Source: Schmidtea polychroa (Eukaryota). Taken from it: a stretch of DNA of 64,000 bases. The translations under genes and the position numbers were made by a program. Shown here one piece after another: positions 1 to 12,265 of this stretch (position 1 is the first letter of the stretch; every line of letters begins with the position of its first letter). The notes below the pieces were generated by a model that did not search any database, was not told the origin of the DNA, and was given only the letters and a program-made list of their open reading frames with translations. Location: assembly GCA_044892525.1 (NCBI GenBank), contig CM097885.1:27468001-27532000 (forward strand). Reading direction: 5' to 3'.

Positions 1-293
1 GTGCGAAAATAAATTCTGGTTTGTCATACTATACCGAGGTACGTTGGTTATCCTGCTCCAAGGTTCTCAAACAATTTTGGGATTTGAAAGACGAAATATG
101 TCAGTTTTTAACATCAAAAAAACAAGGCATCACCTTGTTTTCTGATACAGTATGGTGGCAAGATTTATCTTTTATGGTTGATATAACGAAACACTTATCC
201 GATTTAAATTTGAAACTGCAAGGAAAGGATCAAATCATTACAAACATGTGTGACCAGGTTAATGTATTCAAATGTTACCACATTTTCTTCAAA

Positions 294-379
<86 letters not shown>

Positions 380-527
380 TTATTATTATTATTAATAAAA
401 AATGTTTTTTAGTTTTGTTGAGTTTTTAATTAAATAAATATTAACGTCGGTGTGTCAGACTCCACATGTTCTGAAAAACAATTATTTATGTTGCGGCCCG
501 CAGGCCAGTTTGAGTTTGAAACCCCTG
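1..527 (+). mobile_element. 3' remnant of a hAT (Buster/Charlie/SPIN-type) DNA transposon
   Basis: ORF 21-~270 has hAT transposase motifs (YTEVRWLS, LSFMVDITKHLSDLNLKLQG); right terminus gagtttgaaacccctg at 512-527 (reverse complement CAGGGGTTTCAAACTC) resembles hAT TIRs; internally deleted and interrupted by (TAT)n. Confidence 0.75.
296..394. repeat. (TAT)n microsatellite
   Basis: Near-perfect tat run; explains the poly-Tyr tail of ORF 21..395. Confidence 0.95.
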
Positions 528-691
528 CCGTAAAGGAAATACTGACAAGAATTGGATTCATCGTAGTGACGATTAATAAAAACCTTTTCGTAAATAACGA
601 GGAGGCAGGTTGCAAGTATGACAAATATGCATACGGGAGCTTGACTAGAAAAGCATATATCTGAAAACTGAAAAAGGATTGTTATATATAC

Positions 692-815
692 AGTTATGAC
701 GTCTTCAACTTCTAAATTCATAAAATCAATAAAACAATAATAAATGCAGTTAAACTATATTTTCCAAAAACACGCTAAAAACCATATTATTAAAACAAAA
801 CAACTTTCCATAACT
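692..815 (-). repeat. 3' LTR of Gypsy element 1
   Basis: Identical to 5837-5960; preceded on the minus strand by purine tract aaagaaggggag. Confidence 0.95.
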
Positions 816-825
816 CTCCCCTTCT

Positions 826-3800
826 TTAAGGAACTGCCCATCTCTTAAGCAATTCAATTAATCTGAGTTTCTTTGTCGTCCCGTCACTCAATTCCACCTG
901 GTGTTCTGACAAAAACTTTGATATGACAAAAGGACCTCCATACTGTAGTCCATTTTTGTCGCGATTTTGTGGTTCTTTCCGAACTAATACTTCCTCCCCC
1001 ACCGCGAAACATCGATTCGTTCTCTTCTCTGTTTCCATCCCTTTCATTCGTTTAGCTGCTTTCTCAATGTTCTCTCTTACCAATCTATGTATCTCAACTG
1101 TATCCAATGTCGTCTGAGGCAATGTTGAATGAAGGTTAATCTTCCTCCCAAAAACAATTTCAAATGGAGAAAATCCCGTCGCGCTCTGTTGTGTCACGTT
1201 GATACAAAATTCTACTCGAGGAAGTAACTCCGCCCAATTTCGCTCTCCTAGTCCACCTGCTAATGATGTTGCCAGCAAGTCTCTGACTGTCCGTATTTTT
1301 CTCTCAACTAAACCGTTAGATTGATGCTAATATGGTGAACTGAACTGTTGCGTAATACCCAGTCTTCCTAGATTTGTTTTCATAAAACCACTATCGAAGT
1401 TCTTCCCTCTGTCTGACAGACAATTTCGCGGTTTTCCGAACCGCTATATCCACTTCTCCAATATGGCTTTGAAAATCGATCTCTCGTCTTGTCTCTCCAG
1501 TGCGGTCAGACTGACCATTTTGCTAAAACGATCAATGATAACTAGCATATACTTGTACACTCCACCATTCTTCATGTGCGCTATATCAATGACCAACTGC
1601 TCTAAAAATTCTGAACTTATTATCGGCAACAATCGTTCCTTTGTCTTCTCCTGCACTATTTTCCTTCTGCAGCATATCTCACATACTCTCAAACAGTTTT
1701 GTATAGTTTCTTGCATGTTTGGCCAAAGAAATATGTTGCTCATATAGCTAATTAACTTCTTTACTCCAATGTGACACATTTCAGTATGTATTCCTTTAAC
1801 TAACGTATTTGAGTAGTCTATCGGCACCAGGATGACATCTTCTCTAATAATAAAAACCCATCTTCTAATTTTATGTTGTTATGCAAATTGAAAGGAAATT
1901 TCTTTTTATTCAAGTCATTTTTTCCTCTTCTCCCTGTAACACTCTTGTCATGTGAATGAAATCTACATCATCTTGTTGCTTTTCTAAGAGTTTTGTCATC
2001 GACTCAGTCTTCTGTAATGAGCTGATATGTCTTACTCTGGCTTTTTCTTCTTTTGCGTCTTCATGTATAGTCTGGCATTGTGCACATAACATCCCTTTAA
2101 TCCTTGATATTCCGTCCGTATTTCCATGTTCCTCTCCTTTCCTATATTGAAGATCGAAATCATATCCGGAAAGGTTGGCTAGCCAGGTTTGAAATTGCGG
2201 GCTTATCGGTTTTTTTGTGTATCTCATGAAAACCAACGCCTTGTGATCTGTTCGTACTACAAATGACTTTCCGTATAGATATTGTTTAAAATACATTACA
2301 TATTCGTGTATGGCCAGTAACTCCTTCCTAGTCACACAATAACCTTTTTCATGCGCGGTCAAGTGTCTCGACCCATATGCAATTACCACTTCAGTACCAT
2401 CTTCTTTAGTTTGACATAAAACTGCTCCGATGGCCCCAAAACTAGTGTCTGTATCCAGAATAAAGTTTCTATCCATTCTTGGGTAATCTAGAATTGGAGC
2501 TTCACACAACTTTGTTTTAAGTAATTCAAAACTATTGTTGCAATCTTCTGACCAATTAATCTTTTTCTCACAGCCGGACGTAGCTGCATGTAGGGGTTCC
2601 GCAATTTTCGCATAGTCTTTTATAAACTTCCTATAGTAATTGGTCATACCTAAAAAGGATCTTAATTGTTTGGCGCATACTGGTATTTCTGCATCTTGAA
2701 TCTCTTTAATCTTCTTGTCGTTCGTTTTTATCCCACTTGCACTTACAATGTGCCCTAGGAATGTCAATTCTTCTTTATACAGATTACATTTTTCTGGGTT
2801 AATTCTCAACCCCGCTAGTTGAATTCTTCTGAATACTTCCTCTAATCGGTTATTGTGTTCCTCTTTGTCTTTTCCATAGACAAGAATGTCGTCGAGGTAG
2901 ACAACAACACCCTTAAATAATATTCCATTCAACATTGAGTGCATCATTCTTTGAAACGTCGCAGGGGCGGTTGCTAGTCCAAAAGGAAGTCGGTTAAAAC
3001 AAAACTGTCCTTGCCTTGTACTGAAAGCCGTGACCTCTTGAATTTTCTTCGCCATTCCAGCTTGATAATATGCTTAACCTAGATCGATGGATGTGAAATA
3101 TTTTGAATCTGCCAGACAATCCAGTAGAAATCGTGTATCTGGCATTGGAAAAGATATCTTTTCAGTGATCGCATTCAACCCTCTATAGTCGACACACATC
3201 CTTATTGATCCATCTTTCTTAGCCACAATCACTAGTGGCGCGTTCCATGCACTTTTGCATTTTCTAATAACTCTCGCTTCTAATAAGTTTGTGACAAGTT
3301 CGTCAAGATTTTGTTCTAAATGCATTGGTTGTCTTCTTGGCTGTAACATTACAGGCCCACCTACTATATTCATTTCATGTTGAACAACTTTCGTAAACCC
3401 GAGATCAAACGTTGAAGCCATAAAAATACCTTTGAACTTCCGTAGCAATATGTCTAACTGTTCATTCTTCCTGTCTCCAAGCATTAATAATGCTTTCTCT
3501 TCTTGTTGTGAGTCCACATATGTCCTCCCTACTTGTGACGCTTCAATATTGTCTACCTCTACCAGTCGAATACCAAATCTCTCCATTGTATCTACACCCC
3601 CAATGAAATCTGGACGTATATCTTTGACAACTATAACATTAATAATTCTTTTTTTCCCATTCCAATCAGCTTCTATCGTCATTGCTCCTAACGGTCTTTC
3701 CATTCCCGTCGAAAATACTCCACAAAGAGAAATTGTGCTCTGCTTCAACCTCGGTTTCCCAATCTTTGTCCAACTTTTTTCACTCATAACTGATACTGAC

Positions 3801-3895
3801 GCTCCAGAGTCCCAAAGCATGTCAATCGCCGTCATGTTTATTACAATCTTACTCCACTTTCTTCTGTCTGTCGTCTCATACATCTTCTGCATCAT
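826..3895 (-). pseudogene. pol: Gypsy pol (protease, RT, RNase H, integrase) with stops/frameshifts
   Basis: Protease LWDSGAS (3074..3895), RT YLDD and RNase H LDTDTS (1910..3055), integrase HHCC/IDRFSK (1444..1827), integrase C-terminus (826..1278); in-frame stop at 3074-3076 and further breaks. Confidence 0.9.
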
Positions 3896-4245
3896 GTCTT
3901 CATTTCGCTTCTTTCTACTGATTATTGTGTCGACCTCACTGACGAAATGAAAGCAATGGGATCGTCCTTGTTTTTTGGTTTATCCGTTGATTTTTTTATC
4001 GTTTCTTCGTAATTACTGTATAAATCTTCTGTGAAATCACCATTATTTCTTTCGTGATCTTCTTCGTAAATACATGCCACTCTATTCTGATATCCATTTC
4101 TATTTTTAAGCAAAAAACAATCTCTGAATCCATGACCTTCTTTTACACAGATTAGACATTTGTCTTTCATAGGACATTCAAAACGCCGGTGCCCTTTTTC
4201 TCCACAACAAAAACACTGACCTGGTGTCAGTTTCACTGGATGAGG

Positions 4246-4845
4246 CAGTGGCGTAACTAGGGGGGGGGACATTTGTCCCCGGGCGCCAAAATTAGGGAAG
4301 CCAATTTGGAACAAAAATTAAGTAATAAATTATTCTTAAGATCTAAGAGATTAATATATTTTTTATTACTTCATTAGTTTCTTAGAATAGATGTGCGTGC
4401 ATTCAGTTATTTGCAATATTTACTTATACGTGTATATTTAGTTAGTGTATAAATAAAAACACAAAAACTTTATTATTTTAAATTTTAGTACGTTTACGTT
4501 ATAGTTAATCCATTTTTGGTCATAATACTAAAAAAAGGTAAGTGTTATAATATATATACTTTATTTATTCTCTACGTAAATAATACAAGACAAGTAGTTA
4601 CTAAATTTGTAATTTTAAAAATTACATTGATTAACCGTGTTTTTTGTTTTAAAAAATTTAGAAAAAGTATCATCATGCCTGGAAGAAAACTTAGCGGCGC
4701 TGAAAATAGAAAAAGAAAAAGACAACGAGAACAAGAGGCAAATAAATCAAAACTTAATATTTAATGTTAAACTTTATTTTGTCTTATTAAAATCTGTTAA
4801 ACCTGTTTCGTTATTCGTCATTAATATTCTTTAAAAAAATTAAAT

Positions 4846-4880
<35 letters not shown>

Positions 4881-4934
4881 GGGCGCTAATTTCTCAGTTG
4901 CCCCCAGGCGCAAGAACCTCACCGTACGCCACTG
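4246..4934 (+). mobile_element. Non-autonomous hAT deletion derivative inserted in gag
   Basis: TIRs cagtggcgta/tacgccactg; perfect 8-bp TSD ggatgagg (4238-4245, 4935-4942); internal MPGRKLSGAENRKRKR resembles the N-terminus of ZMYM1-like hAT transposases. Confidence 0.9.
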
Positions 4935-5825
4935 GGATGAGGCGAATCTCTTCCTTTGCTGTCATTAAATAATCTTCTTGCAATAACTTTAAGCGATACT
5001 GTAGGTATTCTTCTCTCTGGTTCTCATGTCTCGTATCGTCCTCTATACCGCTCATTTTCATTCTTGTCTTCATTTACAATTGGTATAAACCGACCATTAC
5101 CAGGTCTATTCCTCTCATGATTAATCTCTCGGTGTTCATCGTGTTGATGTGCAGTTGTCTTCACAATTGTTCTTTGGTCTCGTCTACCCTCGAATTTACC
5201 ATTTTTCATCACTGATGCGTAGGAGTCTCTTCTTATGGCATCAATATTGAATTTATTGCCATTCGTCATCTCGATCTTCTCCTGAATTTTTGCCATATCC
5301 CTGGCAGCTTCAAAACTTGTCACTTTCCCTGATAAGAATATTTCTTTTACTCTATCGTCTTTCGCTCTGTTTGACATAATGTCTCGAATAATCTGTTCAT
5401 CAGACATTCCAGAGCTAAATACACTTTTAACTAAACTTCTTACTCGTATTTCGAAGACTTGGAATCTTTCATCTCTCTCTTGCTGAATTTGAGCTAGTTC
5501 CACAATCTTGTTAGTAATGGTTTTTCTTACTGTAAAAGTTTCTATAAACCACTCTTTTGCCATTTCATCGGTCATCTTCGCTATTTTCGCCGCTTCCCAT
5601 AACATCGATGCCGCATCTGTCAACAAAAGATCCAATGCGTCTACTAGACTTTGATCTTCTATTCTCAGCCATTCCATAATATCCTTTAGCCAAAGTTCGG
5701 CTTCAGATCCAACTTTTCCGTCAAACTTTCTTACATTAAAATTTAACATCTCACGTGCTTGTTTTGACAAGGAATCTAACATATTCTTAGTTCCTTTCTT
5801 TTTTCCTATCGCATTGATTTCCTTG

Positions 5826-5836
5826 GCGTGGTCGCC
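5826..5836 (-). promoter_or_regulatory. Primer-binding site of Gypsy element 1, probably tRNA-Arg
   Basis: TGGCGACCACG directly after the 5' LTR, complementary to a ...CGTGGTCG-CCA tRNA 3' end (tRNA identity from memory). Confidence 0.7.
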
Positions 5837-5960
5837 AGTTATGACGTCTTCAACTTCTAAATTCATAAAATCAATAAAACAATAATAAATGCAGTTAAAC
5901 TATATTTTCCAAAAACACGCTAAAAACCATATTATTAAAACAAAACAACTTTCCATAACT
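5837..5960 (-). repeat. 5' LTR of Gypsy element 1
   Basis: Identical to 692-815; adjacent to the PBS. Confidence 0.95.
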
Positions 5961-7202
5961 TATACAACAGTAGAATGAGCCACTTTGAATGACTTCGCCG
6001 ACGAGGGAGTATTGGAACACAGTTCAAACAATAAACCTGCTCGCCAGCGAAACCTTTCTCTGAGGCTAACGAAAATGAAAAAACATAAGCGAATTACAAT
6101 AATTCAGCTTAAATAAGGTTATAATTAAATCATGCGCCATGACACGAATAATTAGATAATAATTTTGAATTGGTAAAACAACAAAATTTGTTTTCATCCC
6201 CAATTTTTGATAAAAATTAAAATTAAAGATCCGAGTGTTATAGATGGTATAAGACAACCACAGGCAGAATACGAATTTCAGGACCTAATTTTTTTGGTTA
6301 TTGAATGATGTTGTGATAAAAGTATTACTAAGAAATTTCCTTTTAATCTTGATTTAGTTTGAAGTTATATGGTAATAAGAATTTAATCCCAAATTACTAT
6401 TTGAAATTTTCGTTATTAATTTACTGTTTAACTTACGACACGAAACTTATTTACAATTTGACTACAACTAATTATTCGACCTACCATTTTACGACCTAGC
6501 CGAACGAGTATTTATAAAAGATGAAGCGTTGAGCTAAGAGACAAAATTGAAATAACCATTATCGTTAACTATACTTATCTAATAACAGAATGTCTCAATC
6601 AAGCTGTCACGACGAGGAAGAATCATACCGACAGACTATTACTCGGCTCCGAACCAGATACATTGGGTTCAAGATCCATGACTGGAACTGAGGTCTGGAT
6701 CTGGATAATTATGGTTCAGTCATACGGAGTGGCCCCGAGCCCGATGCCCCGGCGTTGGTGAAAGTAGAACCGAAGAACAATCTGTTACAGGAGGCCCGCG
6801 ACCGAGCGGCCATGGAATTGGAGGCAGCCCAAGCGCGGCTGAGGTTTATACACGAGAGGTTTATACACGACACCCTCAAAGATCAGTGTGAGGAGTTAAA
6901 ATTAAAATACTAAATTAAATTAGTTCATGATTAAAATTTGTAAAATTTTAATTGAAACTTAAATTATTTTAAGATATTAAAATTGAAATGATAATTGAAA
7001 TTTTAAAATAAAATAATTTTTAATAAAATTGAAATTCAAGTATGAATGCGATGGTATGTTGATATTTGGTTGAAATTAAAATTTAGAAAATGTCCCAAGA
7101 ATATTTGTTTATATAATCAGATTTAATGAAATATAATTTTGGATTTAATAGTCTTAGTAATTTATTTTGATGACAGAAGAATTAAATGTTATAGCTTCTA
7201 AC

Positions 7203-8288
7203 ATGGCGACCATTCCAACGGATCTGCTTATTGGAAGATTACTTCCAGAAAAATTCCACAGAGGAGGTGACCTCGAATTATTTATCAAAGAATGTCAGAG
7301 GTTCTTTGAAATAACGAAGACACCAGTAAAGACCCAAATGGTACTAGTTATTACACTTCTGGACAGGACTTTGATTGATGAATATGAAACCGCAGAAGGT
7401 AAAACCGTTGAACAGAAATTAAGAGCAGCTTTTCATCGACCAACGTCATTGATTGATGACTTAAGAGAAGCCTTGAACTACGAGCAAGGTAACGAATCAG
7501 CGGAAATATTTATAGAGAAAATATCAAAAATGACTAAAAAATTGGCCTCACACACTTGGAATGAGGAAGAAATTCAGAAATGTTTATTGACACATTGTGT
7601 AAAAGATAAAGAAGTCAGGAAAGAAATCGAAATGAAAGATCTCAAAACGGCGGAACAAATTAAAGAAACTATAAAGAAGATAGAAAAAGTTAACAAGGTT
7701 ATTGAACAAGTAAACACGGTGAGATCAATACGACCTACAACTGGGGGAAGAACTTATAGAGATGTAGTACAAGTTGGAGCCACGAAGAGAAAAATCAACG
7801 AATGGAAACCAGAGACAAGAATTAAAGTGATAGAATGCTGGACGTGTCAAAAACCGGGACACAGTAGCAGAGAATGTAATATAAAAAGAAGATTTCAATG
7901 TTATGCATGTGGTGTTGAAGGTCACATACGAAGAGAATGCCCAACAATCAAATGTCATAGATGCAATGCACGAGGACACAAAGAAAGAGAGTGCTACACA
8001 AATATGGAAAGACGAAATCAAGGAAGAGATCGAGACCAAAGGAAGATGTCAGGAGGAAGAATTCAAAGAAATACCTATCAACAAAGGGAAGATATGTATC
8101 AATCAAGGAACGTACATCAAAGACAATGGGGAAACCAACAATATAACAGAAAAGATATTGCAGCTATCGAGTCTGATGATGAGATGATGAATACAAAACA
8201 GTCAAGCCAGCCAGACGAGTATAACAGGGAGAATGACCCAAACGAGCACGCTCCGTCAAACGGGACATTGATCGGAGCAATTTACTAA
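7203..8288 (+). CDS. gag: Gypsy Gag with three CCHC zinc knuckles
   Basis: Open frame; CWTCQKPGHSSREC, CYACGVEGHIRREC, CHRCNARGHKEREC; first ATG at the LTR/PBS junction is 7203. Confidence 0.9.
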   Translation: MATIPTDLLIGRLLPEKFHRGGDLELFIKECQRFFEITKTPVKTQMVLVITLLDRTLIDEYETAEGKTVEQKLRAAFHRPTSLIDDLREALNYEQGNESAEIFIEKISKMTKKLASHTWNEEEIQKCLLTHCVKDKEVRKEIEMKDLKTAEQIKETIKKIEKVNKVIEQVNTVRSIRPTTGGRTYRDVVQVGATKRKINEWKPETRIKVIECWTCQKPGHSSRECNIKRRFQCYACGVEGHIRRECPTIKCHRCNARGHKERECYTNMERRNQGRDRDQRKMSGGRIQRNTYQQREDMYQSRNVHQRQWGNQQYNRKDIAAIESDDEMMNTKQSSQPDEYNRENDPNEHAPSNGTLIGAIY

Positions 8289-8311
8289 GTAATATTGATT
8301 TCAACCAAAGA

Positions 8312-11300
8312 ATGAATGCTAACGGTATGTGTAATTTAAGTATGTATGATGATTGTATGATTGATAAAGATTGTAGTGTTTTTGAACGTGATATTAATAA
8401 TAATAGTAGTGTAGAAATCAAAAAGTCGAATGATAAGGAAATTCAGAAAAAATTTAAAGAGGAGTGTAAAGTAAATGAATTAGTAAAACACGAGGAAAGA
8501 ACTATAGAGAAAATTTACAAATTCCTCAAGAAAAATGGAGACGTGTGTATTAATGAAATTGTAGAAGATACTAGAGAGCAGAATATTTTGTCAGTAGAAG
8601 AACAAAAAGGTCCGGTGATAACATATAATATAATGCAAGGTAGACCGAGTACAACACTGGATATCCAAGGGCGGAAAGTAGATTGTTTATTGGATACAGG
8701 AGCGCGAATTAATGTGATGGCTAAATCTGTAATTGATCGATTAGAAAATATCGAAATATTAGAAACAAGGGAATCGCTAAGATGTGCAAACAACAGTAGA
8801 TTAGAAACTATGGGTAAAATAAACATCAATGTTAAAATGGGCAGTTATTGAAAGAAATGTAACATTCATTATAGTAAAGAATTTAATACCAGAAATTATT
8901 GGAGGAGTAGAACTACAAAGGTTATTTGGTATAGAATTGAAATGTATACTAGAAGAACATGAAAAACGTAGTGATTTCATTTGCGAAATAGAAGCTAGAT
9001 TTGGGCAGATTATAACAGATGAAGAAAGATTACGTCATGCCATCGACGTTTTAAAGGTTACCGGAAATAAGAGACTGTTAGAAATATTTCAGGCAAACAA
9101 GAATGTTTTTATGGCAGATAAATGGGACATTGGGTGTACCAATCTGATAAAACATAAGATCATCACGAAAGGAGAGCCAATAATGATTAAACCGAGACGT
9201 CAGCCAATAAATTTGGAAGACAAGATTGAGGAAGCAATAAAAAATCTAGAAAACAACGGAATAATTAGGAAGTGTAATTCACCGTGGAACACACCTTTAG
9301 TTTGTGTATGGAAGAAAGAGATAAAAGACATCAGGCTTTGTCTAGACTTCAGACAATTAAACAAGATAACAGAAAGACAAGCATTTCCAATGCCAAATGT
9401 AGATGAAATTTTAGACATCCTACACGGATCCAGATATTTTAGCTCAATCGACTTAGGAAATGCTTATTACCAAGTGAAGTTAGATAAAGAATCTCAAGAG
9501 AAAACAGCATTCTCAACAAAAGAAGGACAGTTCTGTTTTAACAGGATGCCGTTCGGTATTGCAGCGGCACCAGGAACATTTCAAGAATTAATGACGAAAG
9601 TATTGAAAGATTTGTGGAAAGATGGAGTGATGGTATATTTAGACGACATCCTAATATTCACAAAGACAGAAGAAGACCATTATAACATATTTGAAAAAGT
9701 CCTAGGGAAGATCGCAACAGCAGGACTAAGATTGAACCCCGAAAAATGTCAAATATTTAGAAAAGAAGTGAAGTTTCTGGGACACATAATAAATAAAGAC
9801 GGCATACAAACAGATAATACTAAGATAGAAGCAATACAATCATTTCAAAAGCCAAAATGTGTAAAGAATCTGAGGAGCTTTCTGGGTATCTGTAACTATT
9901 ATCGACGGTTCATAAAAGACTATGCAAAGAAGGCAAGAGCACTAGAAAGCATATGCGGAAAAAACAATGAGAAAATAAGATGGACAGAGATGTGTGAAAA
10001 GGCTTTCGGGGAAATGAAAGAAGCATTGATAACCGCCCCAGTATTGGTATTTCCAGATTTCAGAAAAGAATTTATATTAGACACAGACGCGAGCTTCGAT
10101 ACTATTGGAGCAGTTCTTTCGCAAAAGGATGAAAAAGGACATGAACATGTCATTGCATATGGTTCACATGCGATGAGCAGCCACGAAAAAGGATACTGCA
10201 TTACCAGAAAAGAATTATTGGCAATATACTATTTTTGTAAACATTTCAACCATTACTTATATGGTAAGAGATTCGTACTGAGAACGGACCATAAAGCTAT
10301 TACGTTTATGGTAACAACGAAGAAACCAATAACTGCTCAATTCCAGACATGGATCAACTATTTAAGCAGCCTGGATATTAAAATGGAATACAGGAAAGGA
10401 ACAAGCCATACAAACGCGGATATGCTATCCAGGAAAACATGCGGAACATGTGTACAGTGTATGATGGAACACGAAGACCCAAAAACCGGCAAAATTAAAA
10501 CCAGAATATTAACAGTAACAGCAGAAGGCGGATATAACAAGTGGCAAAATGACAATATGGAGGTCCAAGAAATAAAGAATAAGTTAGAAAATAAAGATTG
10601 TAAGTTCATAATGGAAAACAACACGGTACTAACTAAGCAAGGTAAAATATGGATACCGTCAGATAATAGACAGAGGATGATAAAAGAAGTACACGTATTA
10701 CTGTGCCATGCAGGTGCATAGAAAGTAACGAAATATATCCAAAATAACTGCGACATGGAAAATTTAGCAACGGAAGTAAAAAAGGTAATTGAGAACTGCG
10801 AAAGATGTCAGAAAATGAAAACGATAACAACCAAGACAAAGGAGGAAACTCAAAGAATAAAGAGTACAGAACCATTCGAGAAGATATATATGGATATATG
10901 TGGGCCATTGAAAGAAACGTTCAACAAAAAGAAATATATTTGCGGAATCATTGACCACTATAGTAAATACATCTCATTAACGGCCATAAACAAGCAAGAC
11001 GAAAAAACAATTAGTGAGACGTTATTAAATAAATGGATATTAAAGTTTGGAGCTCCAAAAGAACTTCATGTAGATTGTGGGAAGAACTTTGAAGCAAGAA
11101 GTATAAAAGAACTAGCAAAGGCAGCTGGCATTGAATTAATTTTCTCAAGCCCATATCACCATAACACGAATGGTATTATTGAAAGACAATTCAGAACAAT
11201 CAGAGAGTATATTAACGCGTCATTGAATGAAGGAGGAAGGAAAAACTGGGCTGATATAGTGCCAGAAATAGAATATACTTTAAATGCAACAGTTCAAAAA

Positions 11301-11657
11301 ACAACGGGAGTAAGCCCAGCAGAGATTATATTTGGGAGGAAAATCGACAGAATGAAATGGTACTCGAATAAAGAAATAAATAGAGAAGATATGGAAAAGA
11401 GAATAGAGGATAAAACACTAAAACCAAAAATAAGCAAAACAGTGAGAGATTTTGAAATGGAAGATTTGGTTTTGATCAAACAAGAAATTCGAAATAAAGA
11501 CGATGCAAGGTGGGAAGGGCCGTACAAAGTGATAAAGAAAATACATGAACGGAGCTACTTACTTAAAGATCAAAATGGGAAGATGGTAGTCAGAAATGTT
11601 GAGAAGATCAAACATTTTAAAAAAGGGGGATGTGAGGAGTTAAAATTAAAATACTAA
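8312..11657 (+). pseudogene. pol: Gypsy pol (PR-RT-RH-INT) with one frameshift and one nonsense codon
   Basis: LLDTGA protease; frameshift near 8830-8850; YLDD RT; LDTDAS RNase H; TAG at 10719-10721 inside the integrase HHCC region; DDE core (MDICG, VDCG, IER) and EGPY in 10755..11657. Confidence 0.92.
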
Positions 11658-12265
11658 ATTAAATTAGTTCATGATTAAAATTTGTAAAATTTTAATTGAA
11701 ACTTAAATTATTTTAAGATATTAAAATTGAAATGATAATTGAAATTTTAAAATAAAATAATTTTTATTAAAATTGAAATTCAAGTATGAATGCGATGGTA
11801 TGTTGATATTTGGTTGAAATTAAAATTTAGAAAATGTCCCAAGAATATTTGTTTATATAATCAGATTTAATGAAATATAATTTTGGATTTAATAGTCTTA
11901 GTAATTTATTTTGATGACAGAAGAATTAAATGTTATAGCTTCTAACAATCAGATTCGCCCATTACCCGTGGAACTGGCCGAGATCTACCCACCGGCACAA
12001 TCGAGTAAGCCCAAACGCAAGCGGCTAGGGCGAAATACCCGAGAAAATCTGAAAAGAGTCTGGCTATCGGAACAAGAGAAGTTAAGAAAACCCGGGTCAA
12101 CTCCAGCATCCCGATCACGATTGAATACATGGATTCTAATGTAGTGATACACATACTGTCAAGACTTGTGATAATTGAATAAATAGTTTAAACAATCTAA
12201 TGTGCATGAGGGTGAGTCTTGTGATCGTTGAAGACAACGAAGGTGTTTGAGAAAACAATTTCGGT

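Larger units (their letters stand above)
3922..5866 (-). pseudogene. gag: Gypsy gag, split by a hAT insertion
   Basis: ORF 5024..5866 (FDGK...WL gag-like) and CCHC knuckles CFCCGEKGHRRFEC, CLICVKEGHGFRDC in 3922..4237. Confidence 0.85.
692..5960 (-). mobile_element. Full-length, disabled Ty3/Gypsy LTR retrotransposon (element 1)
   Basis: Identical 124-bp LTRs at 692-815 and 5837-5960 with AGTTA...TAACT termini; 5-bp TSD tatac (687-691, 5961-5965); PBS TGGCGACCACG and polypurine tract on the minus strand; order gag-PR-RT-RH-INT. Confidence 0.95.
6887..11947 (+). mobile_element. Full-length Ty3/Gypsy LTR retrotransposon (element 2), young, two disablements
   Basis: 317-bp TG...CA LTRs at 6887-7203 and 11631-11947 (one substitution seen); 5-bp TSD atcag (6882-6886, 11948-11952); PBS tggcgacc at 7204; PPT aaaaaaggggga before 11631. 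Confidence 0.97.
6590..12144 (+). pseudogene. Copy A of an unknown coiled-coil/basic protein gene, interrupted by Gypsy element 2
   Basis: 6590-6845 (MSQSS...TRLRTRYI...GPEPDAPA.VK.EP.NN.LQEARD) and 11948-12144 (QIRPL.VELA.IY.PA...KPKRKRLGRN.RE.LK) align to 45062-46117; premature TGA and an internal deletion. Confidence 0.7.

Noticed and set aside
482..721. ORF sharing its N-terminus (MNLEVEDVIT) with gag
   Set aside because: Result of the LTR duplication reading out into flanking DNA.
923..11527. Many short ORFs antisense to or overlapping gag/pol
   Set aside because: Shadow frames of real retroelement genes, with no motifs.
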